From positions 4,177,693-4,241,692 of the forward strand of contig CBDCDC010000002.1 in the NCBI GenBank assembly GCA_965215195.1: 64,000 bases of DNA, in the 5' to 3' direction. A model generated the notes under the pieces. That model was given only the letters and a program-made list of their open reading frames with translations, had not been told where the DNA came from and did not search any database. A program made the translations under genes and the position numbers. This stretch comes from Candidatus Latescibacterota bacterium (GTDB taxonomy: Bacteria > Latescibacterota > UBA2968 > UBA8231). How positions within the stretch are numbered: the stretch's first letter is position 1; the number at the start of each line of letters is the position of its first letter. Below are positions 33,586 to 43,550 of the stretch, in pieces.

Positions 33586-34830
33586 ATGAGAGCAAAAAGC
33601 TGGCTGGCTGCATTCGTCTTGGCTTGGCCGTTGGCGAGCGCGGCGGAGAATGCGGAACAGGGGCTTGGCGCGTTGCTGGCACCCCCTAGGCCGCCGATTG
33701 AGGTGCAAGCCTTTGACACGCCCAATGACGACGGGGGCAGCATTACGCTGACTTGGCCGCGAGATCGTCAGATCAGTGAAAATGCGATGTATCAGGTCGC
33801 CATTGCCGACTCGCCCAGCGGGCCTTTTCGCGTCGCGGCCGAGGTTGCGGCAACGGAGAATTTGATGTCCGAGGCACCGGCCCTCTTTGGGCACGGGGAT
33901 GATCTGGAGAATCACCACTATGTCAACGTTGAGGAATTCGCCGGCGCGAGCGGCAAGGTGCCGTTAGAAGACGGCAAGACGTATTACTTTCACGTGGATG
34001 TGCGGTCGGCCGGGGGCGCGATCCGCGGCAAGGTGATCGTCAACGCCGAGTCGGCCGGCAATTTTTTTAATCGCGCCAAGACCAACAATCTGATGTTGTG
34101 CCTCGTGTTTTCAGGGCTAATCATGGGCTACATTGGCATCGCACGGCGGCGCGCGCTCAAAATTCGCCGCATCGCCGGACTAGAGGCGCTCGACGAGGCG
34201 CTGGGGCGGGCGACCGAGATGGGCAAGCCGGTGCTCTTCATCCACGGCCTGCGCGGCATGGACTCGATATCGACTATTGCCGCGGTCAATATCTTGGGCC
34301 GGGTCGCGCGGCGCACGGCCGAGTACGAGACCGCGCTGCGGGTGGTGGCCCCAGACCCGGTGGTCATGTCCGTGAGTCAGGAGACGATGAAGGCATCTTA
34401 TGTGGAGGCCGGCCGGCCCCACGACTTCAACCCGGAGCACGTGTTCGTCGCTAGTACCGATCAGTTCAGCTATGCGGCGGCGGTTGAAGGCATCATGGTG
34501 CGCGAGCGGCCGGCGGCTCACATTATGATGGGGTACTTCTACGCTGAGTCCCTGCTGTTGGCCGAGACGGGTTCGACGACCGGGGCGATCCAGATCGCCG
34601 GTACGGACGCCTTCACCCAACTGCCTTTTTTTATTACGACTTGCGATTATACCCTACTCGGCGAAGAGCTGTACGCGGCCAGTGCCTATCTGTCGGGTGA
34701 GCCGCGAATGCTGGGCACGCTCAAGGGCCAGGACATGAGCAAGGCCATTATTTTGATCGTTTTGGTGGTGGGCACGATCTTAGCGACATTGGGGATGCCG
34801 CAATTCGCACACGTGTTCGCCCCGTACTGA
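33586..34830 (+). CDS. Membrane protein (414 aa): signal peptide, Fn3-like exposed N-domain, TM helix, soluble domain, C-terminal TM helix
   Basis: MRAKSWLAAFVLAWPLASA; IEVQAFDTPNDDGGSITLTWP; TM helices LMLCLVFSGLIMGYIGI and AIILIVLVVGTILATL. Confidence 0.6.
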   Translation: MRAKSWLAAFVLAWPLASAAENAEQGLGALLAPPRPPIEVQAFDTPNDDGGSITLTWPRDRQISENAMYQVAIADSPSGPFRVAAEVAATENLMSEAPALFGHGDDLENHHYVNVEEFAGASGKVPLEDGKTYYFHVDVRSAGGAIRGKVIVNAESAGNFFNRAKTNNLMLCLVFSGLIMGYIGIARRRALKIRRIAGLEALDEALGRATEMGKPVLFIHGLRGMDSISTIAAVNILGRVARRTAEYETALRVVAPDPVVMSVSQETMKASYVEAGRPHDFNPEHVFVASTDQFSYAAAVEGIMVRERPAAHIMMGYFYAESLLLAETGSTTGAIQIAGTDAFTQLPFFITTCDYTLLGEELYAASAYLSGEPRMLGTLKGQDMSKAIILIVLVVGTILATLGMPQFAHVFAPY

Positions 34831-34839
34831 GGAGATGCC

Positions 34840-35496
34840 ATGTTGTTTTTCAGCCGCACCCTACCACTGGCTGTCGCCTTTGTCTTTGGTTTGCTGGGCA
34901 TTGCCATTTACTACATACCGCACAGCTATGCCCAGAGCTTTGAGCGGGAGATGTCGCTGTGGGTGCGGATCATTTTTGCTTTTTCCTACCTCCTCGGGCT
35001 GTACAGCTTACTCAACCTGCACTGGCAGCGCATCCGCCAGCAGGTCGCCGGCTGGGGGTATAGCTTCGTGGCGATTGTCAGCTTTGCGGTGATGATGGTC
35101 TTCGTGGCGTACAACGACGGGGCCGGTCCGTTTGCTCCGCAAGCCGGAGCCGGGGCCTACAAGTGGATGTTCGACTACATTCACTTCCCCTGCGCCGCCA
35201 CCATGTTCTCGATCTTGGCCTTCTTCATTGCGTCGGCGGCCTACCGGACCTTCCGCGCCCGTACGCCCGAAGCCGCCTTGTTGCTCGTCGCCGCCGTGAT
35301 CGTCATGTTGGGCCGGGTGCCCATTGGCCGGGAGATCTCCGAGTATTTTCCGCTGGTGAGCGAGTGGCTGATGAGCGTACCGAATTTAGCAGCCAAGCGC
35401 GGCATCCTGCTTGGGGTATCCCTAGGGGCCATTGCAACCTCGCTGCGGATCATCTTCGGTATTGAGCGTTCGTACTTGGGAGGGGGAGACAAGTGA
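34840..35496 (+). CDS. Polytopic membrane protein (218 aa), unknown function
   Basis: Five to six hydrophobic helices. SD GGAG upstream. Confidence 0.6.
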   Translation: MLFFSRTLPLAVAFVFGLLGIAIYYIPHSYAQSFEREMSLWVRIIFAFSYLLGLYSLLNLHWQRIRQQVAGWGYSFVAIVSFAVMMVFVAYNDGAGPFAPQAGAGAYKWMFDYIHFPCAATMFSILAFFIASAAYRTFRARTPEAALLLVAAVIVMLGRVPIGREISEYFPLVSEWLMSVPNLAAKRGILLGVSLGAIATSLRIIFGIERSYLGGGDK

Positions 35497-36311
35497 TGCA
35501 GATAGATCGCCGCATCCTCTTCGCCTTGATGTTTCTCGGAGTGGCCGTGCCGCTCTTGGTGGGGCTAGACCTGCCGATCACGCCGTCCAAGCGGGTGAGA
35601 GCGGCTTACGACCGGATTGAGCAACTTGCCGCCGGGCAGGTCGTCTTAGTCTCCTTCTCCTACGGCGCCAGTACAGCTCCTGAGATGCAGCCCATGGCGC
35701 GGGCGATTTTGCGCCACGCCTTCCGCCGCGACCTCAAGGTGGTTGCCATTTGCCTGTGGCCGGAAGCGACCGGCTTGGCCCAGGAGGTGCTCGACGAGAT
35801 GGCGGCTGAATTCGACTTGGAGTACGGGGTGGATTACACCTTTATGGGCTACAAGCCGGGCAATTTTAGCGTCATTCTCAATATGGGGCACGACATGCAC
35901 GGCACCTTTCCACAGGACAATTGGGGCGCCGGTGTTGGCACTTTGGAATTGATGCGGAATTTGCGCTCGCTGAGGGATTTCGATCTCGTCTTTGACTTGG
36001 GGGCCGGAGATTCGATTGAGTTTTGGTGGATTCCCTACGGGCAGGAGAAATACGGCTTTCCCTTTGCCGCCGGCTGCACCGCGGTGATGGCCCCGGATCT
36101 CTACCCCTTCCTCGGCTCGGGCCAACTCGTGGGTCTGCTCGGGGGCTTGGCCGGTGCAGCCGACTACGAGGTCCTGATTGATCACCGCGATGAGGCGAAC
36201 AAGAGCATGTCTCCCCAGTCGGTGACGCACTTGATCATTGTCGTCTTCGTGATTTTTGGCAATATCGCCTACTTCGTCGGTCGGCGGGGCCGATCGCAGC
36301 AGGAGAGCTAA
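35493..36311 (+). CDS. Bitopic membrane protein (272 aa) with a central soluble domain, unknown function
   Basis: GTGA start/stop overlap with the preceding gene. N-terminal TM ILFALMFLGVAVPLLVGL and C-terminal TM LIIVVFVIFGNIAYFVG. Confidence 0.6.
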   Translation: MMQIDRRILFALMFLGVAVPLLVGLDLPITPSKRVRAAYDRIEQLAAGQVVLVSFSYGASTAPEMQPMARAILRHAFRRDLKVVAICLWPEATGLAQEVLDEMAAEFDLEYGVDYTFMGYKPGNFSVILNMGHDMHGTFPQDNWGAGVGTLELMRNLRSLRDFDLVFDLGAGDSIEFWWIPYGQEKYGFPFAAGCTAVMAPDLYPFLGSGQLVGLLGGLAGAADYEVLIDHRDEANKSMSPQSVTHLIIVVFVIFGNIAYFVGRRGRSQQES

Positions 36312-36314
36312 GCC

Positions 36315-37028
36315 GTGCGCGATACCTATATCTTTCTGGGTTTGCTCCTGCTGTTTGCGGCCGTCAACATCGGCTTAGTGGCCAGCGGCACCTTGGCGGC
36401 GGATTGGACGGGTTTCGGCGTCATCGTCGCCGCGGGAATGACCTTGGCGCTCTACAGCTTCCTCTACAAGGACAACCCGCTCTTCAAATTTGCCGAGCAC
36501 GTCTTCGTCGGCGTGGCAGCGGCCTACGTATTCGGCCAGTACTGGTATCCGACGCTTTACGGCGAGCTCATCGCCGAATGGACCGATCCGGGGGAAGGGG
36601 AGTCGCCCGATTGGTGGCTGTTGGCCCCGACGGCGCTCGGGCTTTTGATGTTGACGCGCTTTTCGCTGCGCTTTGGTTGGCTCAGCCGCTATGCTTTTGC
36701 ATTTTTCGTGGGGTTGAGTGCCGGCCTGACGATTCCCCGCTATATTTCTTCTTTTATTTTGGCCCAAGTTGAACCTACATTACAACCACTAACTGGGAGC
36801 TGGGAGGGACTCAATTTGCTGATCGTCCTAGTGGGGGTCGTCGGGGTGTTGGTTTATTTCTTCTTTTCCGTTGAGCACACTGGCGCGGCCGGCCACATCT
36901 CCAAGGTGGGGATATGGTTTTTGATGGTCTCGTTTGGGGCTTCGTTTGGTTACACTATTATGGCGAGGGTCTCGCTGTTGATCGGGCGCGCGACCTTTCT
37001 CTTAGAAGATTGGCTGCACCTGATGTAG
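36315..37028 (+). CDS. Polytopic membrane protein (237 aa), unknown function
   Basis: GTG start 3 nt after the preceding stop. About six hydrophobic helices. Confidence 0.55.
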   Translation: MRDTYIFLGLLLLFAAVNIGLVASGTLAADWTGFGVIVAAGMTLALYSFLYKDNPLFKFAEHVFVGVAAAYVFGQYWYPTLYGELIAEWTDPGEGESPDWWLLAPTALGLLMLTRFSLRFGWLSRYAFAFFVGLSAGLTIPRYISSFILAQVEPTLQPLTGSWEGLNLLIVLVGVVGVLVYFFFSVEHTGAAGHISKVGIWFLMVSFGASFGYTIMARVSLLIGRATFLLEDWLHLM

Positions 37029-37062
37029 CGATATTGAGAACTACCCTACAAAGGAGGGATAT

Positions 37063-40000
37063 ATGACCAAGTTTGCAGGCGTTTTTCGCGCCCTGATTGC
37101 ACTTGGCGTCTTGCTCGCGCTGAGCTTGGCTCCGGCCGAGGCCAGCACCGGCGGCAAGATCGCCGGTGTAGTAAAGGATGCCACCACCGGGGATGGGCTG
37201 CCCCATGCCAATGTCGTGGTGGTGGATGCCAAGCTGGGGACCACGGCGGACGAAAGGGGCCGCTTTTTTATTCTCAACGTGCCGGCGGGCACCTACACCC
37301 TCAAGGTCACGTATATCGGCTACGCGGATTATACGGTCGAGGATGTGCGGGTTTCCGCCGACCTGACCACGAATCTCGACATCGACCTGACTTCTTCGGA
37401 TATCCAAGTCGAGGAGGTGATAATTCGCGCCGAGCGGCCTATTATCGACAAGACCGCCACGAATGCGGTGCGCATTGTCGGGGCCGAGGACATAGAGATT
37501 CTGCCGTTCAGAGGCGTTGGCCAAGTCTTGTCCCTGCAGGCTGGCGTGGTCGAAGACGAGGGTGCGCTGCACATCCGCGGCTCGCGCAGCGACGAAATTG
37601 GCTATTACGTTGATGGGGCCAGCGTCCGCAACATAATCACCGGCAGCAGTGCTGTGGCCCTGATCGACGAAGCCCTAGAGGAAATTCAGCTACAGGCCGG
37701 CGGCTTCAACGCCGAGTACGGCGGGGCCAACGCCGGCATCGTCTTGCAGGAACTGCGCACCGGAGGCAGCGATTGGGACTTCAAGGTCGTCGCCGAGTCG
37801 GACAATTTCACTTCCGACTTTGAGGAGCGCTTCGGCTCGTACTCATACGGCTATTCCAACCAAGTGGTCACGGCCGGCGGCCCGGTCGCGGGCAACCAAA
37901 ATATCCGCGCCTTTCTCGCCGGTCAGCGGTTGAGCCGGGACTACCGACCGACCTTCTGGTCGGGGTTTGAGTTCGAGGATCTGGTCGATACGGGCAACCG
38001 CCAAGGCCGCGTACATTGGGAAAAGGACGAGGAGGGCAATCCCATCCCAGACGCGGTCGAGCGGCTGGAAGTGAAACCGGGCAATATCCCGCACACCGGC
38101 AGCGAGTTCCTCGGCTTTAACAGCACCCTGCACTTCAACTACAATCCCATCCAGTTCCGGGTCACGGGCCTGCACTCCACCGGGGACCGCGATCTCAACA
38201 TCAATCCCATCAAAAACATCCTCAATCAAGAACGCCTCAACGAGCAGACGTACTCTTCGAGCTTGGTCAACGTAAAGGCCATCCACTTGCTCGACCCGAG
38301 CCTGTTCTACGAAATGAACGTCAGCTTCTACGGTCAGGGGCGCGAGAGTTTCGACGGGGTGTTCAAAGAGCGTTGGTGGGTTTACAACGACAGCGTGGCC
38401 GTCCAGCGCGCCTTGGAAGGCGGCCTGGAGTACACCCCTTATACGGCCAACGGATCGATACCCGAGCCTTACGACCTGAGCGGGTTTCCGTTCAACCGCC
38501 CGGGGTCGCCTACCAATTCTGCGTCCGGGAACAGCACGGGCGCTTGGTACGCCAAGGAAGAGGATCGCTATTGGGGCTTGGCCGGCAGCATTACCAAGCA
38601 GACCGCGGTCCATCAACTCAAGGCCGGCTTTGACTACCAGATGTGGACGTCGCGCCGCTACGCCATCTTCAACGGATCCATTCGCTCGCGTATCGCAGCG
38701 ACATATCCCAAGCTAGACGAAGTGTATCAGCGGTACTACAGCGACGCGCTCAACGAGGGCGAAATTCTCGACGAGCTGATCGAGACTGCCAAGGGCCTGC
38801 CCGATGACGAAGGTAGCCTCGAGGACCTCAAGAAGTCCCTACGCCTCAGTTCTGGCGACTTCTATGGCTACGACGAATTCGGCCGCTCCATCGACTCGTC
38901 GGACGACCCGCTGCAAGACCCGCGCAAGCCCGTGGTCGGCTCGGCCTACGTCCAAGACAAGATCGAATACAACGATCTGATCATCAACGCCGGGCTGCGC
39001 TTGGATTACTTTGATGCGGCGAGTTGGCGCTTTGTCGATCAATCGGCGCCGAAGATAGACAAAGACGCACGCACCATAGTAATCGCAGACACGACCGGCA
39101 CGTACATGGAGAAGACGCCTACATACGCGGAGATCAGCCCGCGCTTGGGCTTTTCGTTCCCGGTGTCGGACCTGACGGTCTTCCACGTGCAGTACGGGCG
39201 CTTCTCGCAGATGCCGCGGATGCGCGATATGTTCACCGGCGGTGCGCGGCTGGCCATCGAGTTGGGTGGGCAAAACTTCATTCCCACGCCCACGGCCTTT
39301 GACGTCGAGCCGGTGCGCACGACCCAATACGAGATCGGCTTTGAGCGTCAGTTCGCCGATTTTGCCTCGTTTGACGTGACGAGTTTTTACCGCGACATCA
39401 AGGGCCAGCTCCAGATCAGGCGTCAAGATGTGTCGGCCGGGAACGCCGGTTCGTTTACGTACTTGCAGAACGGCGATTTCGCCACGACCAAGGGCATTGA
39501 GTTCCAGTTCAAGGTGCGGCGGTTCAACCGCTTGCAGGCCGAGTTGAACTACACGCTGTCCGACGCACGCGGCACGGGTTCGACCCTGATATCGGCGCAG
39601 TCGGGCGTGGAGAACGACACCACCGTGCCGACGATCATCTCCCCGCTCGACTTCAACCAGACGCACCGCGGCTCTTTGTTCTTGGACTACCGCTTTGCCG
39701 ACAACGAGGCGAACCCGCTTCTCCGCAGCTTGGGGGCCAACCTGTTAGCGCGCTTTGCCAGCGGCTACAGCTTCACGCTGGTGGAGGGTTCCATCGGCCA
39801 GCGCGGGCCGGAAGAAGGCGGCATCCTCGCCAGCGACGACCCGCGCTCGCGCAAGCCGGTTGAGTCCATCAATCGCTCTTCGACGCCCTGGACTTTTCAG
39901 ACGGACTTGCGGATTGACAAGGGCTTTTCGCTCATGGGGGTCAATGCCCAGATTTACACGTACGTGCAGAACCTGTTCAACCGCCAGAACGTAATTAACG

Positions 40001-40212
40001 TGTACGGCCGGACCGGCAACGACAAGGACGACGGCTTTTTGACGAACCCGGACTTGAGCCAGCAGATCGTCGAGGCCAGCGGCGGTTGGGAGTACCAGCA
40101 GCTCTACGAGGCGATCAACTTGCTCAACCGCCAGCACTACTGGTCCACCGAGGGCGGCGACATCTACGACTCACCGCGGCAGATCCGCTTCGGGCTACAA
40201 TTCGACTTCTAG
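37063..40212 (+). CDS. TonB-dependent receptor-like outer-membrane protein with an N-terminal CarboxypepD_reg domain
   Basis: GKIAGVVKDATTGDGLPHANVVV...GTYTLKVTYIGY; plug motif LHIRGSRSDEIGYYVDGASV; C-terminal RQIRFGLQFDF. SD AAAGGAGGG. Confidence 0.85.
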   Translation: MTKFAGVFRALIALGVLLALSLAPAEASTGGKIAGVVKDATTGDGLPHANVVVVDAKLGTTADERGRFFILNVPAGTYTLKVTYIGYADYTVEDVRVSADLTTNLDIDLTSSDIQVEEVIIRAERPIIDKTATNAVRIVGAEDIEILPFRGVGQVLSLQAGVVEDEGALHIRGSRSDEIGYYVDGASVRNIITGSSAVALIDEALEEIQLQAGGFNAEYGGANAGIVLQELRTGGSDWDFKVVAESDNFTSDFEERFGSYSYGYSNQVVTAGGPVAGNQNIRAFLAGQRLSRDYRPTFWSGFEFEDLVDTGNRQGRVHWEKDEEGNPIPDAVERLEVKPGNIPHTGSEFLGFNSTLHFNYNPIQFRVTGLHSTGDRDLNINPIKNILNQERLNEQTYSSSLVNVKAIHLLDPSLFYEMNVSFYGQGRESFDGVFKERWWVYNDSVAVQRALEGGLEYTPYTANGSIPEPYDLSGFPFNRPGSPTNSASGNSTGAWYAKEEDRYWGLAGSITKQTAVHQLKAGFDYQMWTSRRYAIFNGSIRSRIAATYPKLDEVYQRYYSDALNEGEILDELIETAKGLPDDEGSLEDLKKSLRLSSGDFYGYDEFGRSIDSSDDPLQDPRKPVVGSAYVQDKIEYNDLIINAGLRLDYFDAASWRFVDQSAPKIDKDARTIVIADTTGTYMEKTPTYAEISPRLGFSFPVSDLTVFHVQYGRFSQMPRMRDMFTGGARLAIELGGQNFIPTPTAFDVEPVRTTQYEIGFERQFADFASFDVTSFYRDIKGQLQIRRQDVSAGNAGSFTYLQNGDFATTKGIEFQFKVRRFNRLQAELNYTLSDARGTGSTLISAQSGVENDTTVPTIISPLDFNQTHRGSLFLDYRFADNEANPLLRSLGANLLARFASGYSFTLVEGSIGQRGPEEGGILASDDPRSRKPVESINRSSTPWTFQTDLRIDKGFSLMGVNAQIYTYVQNLFNRQNVINVYGRTGNDKDDGFLTNPDLSQQIVEASGGWEYQQLYEAINLLNRQHYWSTEGGDIYDSPRQIRFGLQFDF

Positions 40213-40237
40213 CCGCTTAAAAGCGAGGAAGCACACC

Positions 40238-43200
40238 ATGCGAAAACTCATTTTTGGATATATAGCTGCGGCTGGGCTGGCAATCGGCCCGGCCGAGGCG
40301 CGCGAGCCGTTCTACGGCCGTGCAGCCAAATCCCTCCAAGAGGAGGCCGTTGAGATCTCGACCGATCGGACGATGCTCAACATCAACAACATGGCGATGT
40401 GGATTCTGAGCGATGGCGAGTCGGCTCACAACCCGATCAGCGGTAGCGCGGGCGTGACTTTTCCGCGCTCGACCGACCAAGTCATCTTTCAGGACGGACT
40501 GATTTGGGGCGGGCGGGTCATTGACGGCAACCCGCAGGAGTTGCGAGTCGGCGGCCAGACTTATGCCGTTGGCACGGTCCCGGGTGTCATTGAGTCGAGG
40601 GGGGTGGCCCAAGACCGCGATACAGCGCGCCTGTACCGAATTCGTCGCGACTATGCGACCGCTGATTTGCGGCTCGACGCCTCCGAGATCCTCAACAAGC
40701 GCCTGAGCGAAGTCACCGACGCCGATGAGGAGGCCGTGCGCACCCAATACGAGCGCGACTGGATGGAGTGGCCAGCCGAGTTGGGCGCGCCCTTTTACGA
40801 TAACGACGGAAACGGGCAGTACGACCCCGCAGTTGACGAGCCGGGGCTGGCCAATGCCGACCAAGTGATCTGGTTAGCCATCAACGACTTGGACCCAGGG
40901 GCTGTCGCCAGTCTCTATGGCTCCTTACCGATTGGCATGGAGACGCAGGTGACGCTGTGGGGTTACGCCCGCACGGACGCGCTGGGCGACGCGATTTTCA
41001 AGAAGTACAAGGTCATTTACAAGGGCACCGAGAGCACGCCGGACACGGCGCGCATTGAGGACATGTACTTGGCCCAATGGTCCGATCCCGACTTGGGCGA
41101 CTTTGGCGACGACTTTGCCGGCGCCGATGTCGATCTGAGCTTGGGCTACGTCTACAACTCGATTGACGACGACTCGCACTACGTGAATTTTGAATTGGCC
41201 CCGCCGGCCGCGGGCTACGATTTTTTGCAAGGCCCAGTCGTGCCGGTGTACCTACTCGACGAGGAGGGTAATGTCGCCGTAGATGAGGAAGGCAACTCCC
41301 TGCTCGACGAGAGCTCGGTGGCGATCTTCAACGACGGCATGAGGCCCGGTTACAAGAACTTGCCGATGACCGCTTTCGTGTACTTCGCGGCTGGTTCGTC
41401 GATTAGTGACCCGGACTTGAACGAGTACGACGGCACCTTGCAGTGGTACAACCTGCTGCAAGGCTTCCAGCCGCAGGCCGACATTGAAAATCCCGTGCCC
41501 TACACCAATCCCCTGACCAACGAGGATACCAAGTTCACGCTCGACGGCGACCCAACGCGGGCCACTGGCTGGAACGACGGAATCCCATTGCCGGCCGGCG
41601 ATCGGCGCATCGTAATGGCGACCGGCCCGTTTGAGATGGCATTGGGTGACACGCAAGAAGTGGTGGTCGCACTCTTGGGCGCGAGCAGCACCGACCGCTT
41701 GCGCAGCGTCTCCAAGCTCAAGTTTACCGACCAGTTCGTGCAGGACGCGTACAACAGCTTCTTTCAGGTTCCCAAGCCGCCGGTCCGGCCCAATGTTCGC
41801 CTAATTGAGCTGGATCAGACCATCGTACTCAACTGGGGTTGGGACCCAGAGTCGGTGTCTAAGACCGAAGGCGTGGGTTCGCCCGGTTTTGATTTTGAAG
41901 GCTATAACGTCTATCAATTGCCTTCAGCCGAGGCCACGCTGAGCCAAGGCACTAGGGTCGCCACTTTTGATTTAGTCAACGGCGTGACGACCATATTGGG
42001 GATCGCTCTCGACGAGCAGTCCGGCGTGGTGCTGGACGTGCCTTTGCAGATCGGCAATGACAGCGGCCTCCAGCGCTATATCGCCCTGAGCCACGACGCG
42101 TTGCGCGGCGGCCCGCTGGTCAACGGCCAGCAGTACTATTTCACAGTGACCGCCTACAACCGCGCCACTTCGGAAGATGCGGCCACGACCACCACCCTAG
42201 AAAGCAGCCCGCAGACCATCACTTGTGTGCCGCAAATCGCGCCGCCGGGTATCACGCGCACCCATGAGGACCCCGGGGATACGCTGTCTGTCGAACACAC
42301 CAAGGGCATCGGCGACGCCAGCGTATGGCCGCTGGTGATCGATCCTACGGCCCTGCAGCAGGCCACCTACAAGGTCACCTTCAACGACGACGCGACTTGG
42401 AGTCTGTCGCGGGACGGGGAGAGGATAGTCGACCGGGAGAGCAACATTTCCCTCGACGAGAGCTATCCCATCGTCGAAGGCCTCCAAGTGAAGGTGGGCG
42501 ATCTGGTCTTCACCCATCCGACGACCTACATCCGTTCCAAAGTGACCAACGACGCCAACTTAGACGATGGCCCCCTCAGCCTTTGGGGCGACGGTACGCT
42601 CTTCGGCTTTGCCGACGGCTATGGCTCAACTTTCTGGGACGGCGGCGGCGCTGGGGACAATCGGCTGGTGCGCGATATTGAGTTCCGCTTCACCGGCGTG
42701 TGGAACGCCGATTCGACCGCAATTGCCGAGGGCGGCTCAATTGCGACCCTCGGTGGCGTCAGTGCCGGCAGCGGCGAGCGCGACATCGCGGCGCATCCCT
42801 TCAAGCCCGCCGAGGTGTCGGATTCGACCGGTGCCTTCCTCCAGCGCGTGCCCTTTGAGGTTTGGGACGTGGAGGATCCGGACAATCCGCGCCAGTTGAA
42901 CGCCGTGTTTTACGACCGCGGTGCCGACGGGTCCAGAGACGAAGGCAGCGTTGTCTATCACCAGACTTACAACATGCCGGGTCGCGACTATATCACCATC
43001 GTCCACACCGACTACGATCCGACCAAGATCCACGAGTTGACGGACGAGAACACCACGTGGGTTTACTTCTTCACGCAGGGAGGTTCTTCGGTCTGGTCGA
43101 CGGGCGACGTACTAAGGATTACCATCGGCAATACCGTAGTGGCCGGTGAGGACGAGTTTGAGTTCAAGGTGACGGCCGAGACGTACTCCGAAGCCTTGGC

Positions 43201-43528
43201 CAAGGAAAGCGTCAAAAAGATCAACGTCTTTCCCAATCCCTACCTCGGCGTCAATTCGGCCGAGACCAGCCGCTACAACCACTTCGTGACCTTCAGCCAC
43301 CTGCCGCCCAAGGCGAATATCCGCATCTTCGACATGAGCGGCACGCTGGTGCGCACCATTGAGAAAGACGATCCGGCGCAATTTATGCGCTGGGATCTGC
43401 AAAACCACAACGAACTGCCGGTGGCCAGCGGCATGTACATCGCCCATATCGAGTTGCCGGAAACCGGCATGAGTCGGATTCTCAAGCTGGCCGTCATCCA
43501 AGAGCAGCAGTTTTTGGAAAACTTCTAG
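40238..43528 (+). CDS. Large secreted protein (1096 aa) with Fn3-like segments and a T9SS C-terminal sorting domain
   Basis: Signal peptide. YYFTVTAYN Fn3-like signature. C-terminal about 80 aa INVFPNPYLG...IRIFDMSGTLVRTIE...GMYIAHIEL...ILKLAVIQ is typical of the Por secretion tail. Confidence 0.75.
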   Translation: MRKLIFGYIAAAGLAIGPAEAREPFYGRAAKSLQEEAVEISTDRTMLNINNMAMWILSDGESAHNPISGSAGVTFPRSTDQVIFQDGLIWGGRVIDGNPQELRVGGQTYAVGTVPGVIESRGVAQDRDTARLYRIRRDYATADLRLDASEILNKRLSEVTDADEEAVRTQYERDWMEWPAELGAPFYDNDGNGQYDPAVDEPGLANADQVIWLAINDLDPGAVASLYGSLPIGMETQVTLWGYARTDALGDAIFKKYKVIYKGTESTPDTARIEDMYLAQWSDPDLGDFGDDFAGADVDLSLGYVYNSIDDDSHYVNFELAPPAAGYDFLQGPVVPVYLLDEEGNVAVDEEGNSLLDESSVAIFNDGMRPGYKNLPMTAFVYFAAGSSISDPDLNEYDGTLQWYNLLQGFQPQADIENPVPYTNPLTNEDTKFTLDGDPTRATGWNDGIPLPAGDRRIVMATGPFEMALGDTQEVVVALLGASSTDRLRSVSKLKFTDQFVQDAYNSFFQVPKPPVRPNVRLIELDQTIVLNWGWDPESVSKTEGVGSPGFDFEGYNVYQLPSAEATLSQGTRVATFDLVNGVTTILGIALDEQSGVVLDVPLQIGNDSGLQRYIALSHDALRGGPLVNGQQYYFTVTAYNRATSEDAATTTTLESSPQTITCVPQIAPPGITRTHEDPGDTLSVEHTKGIGDASVWPLVIDPTALQQATYKVTFNDDATWSLSRDGERIVDRESNISLDESYPIVEGLQVKVGDLVFTHPTTYIRSKVTNDANLDDGPLSLWGDGTLFGFADGYGSTFWDGGGAGDNRLVRDIEFRFTGVWNADSTAIAEGGSIATLGGVSAGSGERDIAAHPFKPAEVSDSTGAFLQRVPFEVWDVEDPDNPRQLNAVFYDRGADGSRDEGSVVYHQTYNMPGRDYITIVHTDYDPTKIHELTDENTTWVYFFTQGGSSVWSTGDVLRITIGNTVVAGEDEFEFKVTAETYSEALAKESVKKINVFPNPYLGVNSAETSRYNHFVTFSHLPPKANIRIFDMSGTLVRTIEKDDPAQFMRWDLQNHNELPVASGMYIAHIELPETGMSRILKLAVIQEQQFLENF

Positions 43529-43550
43529 GGGAGAAACAGGAGGCCATTCC

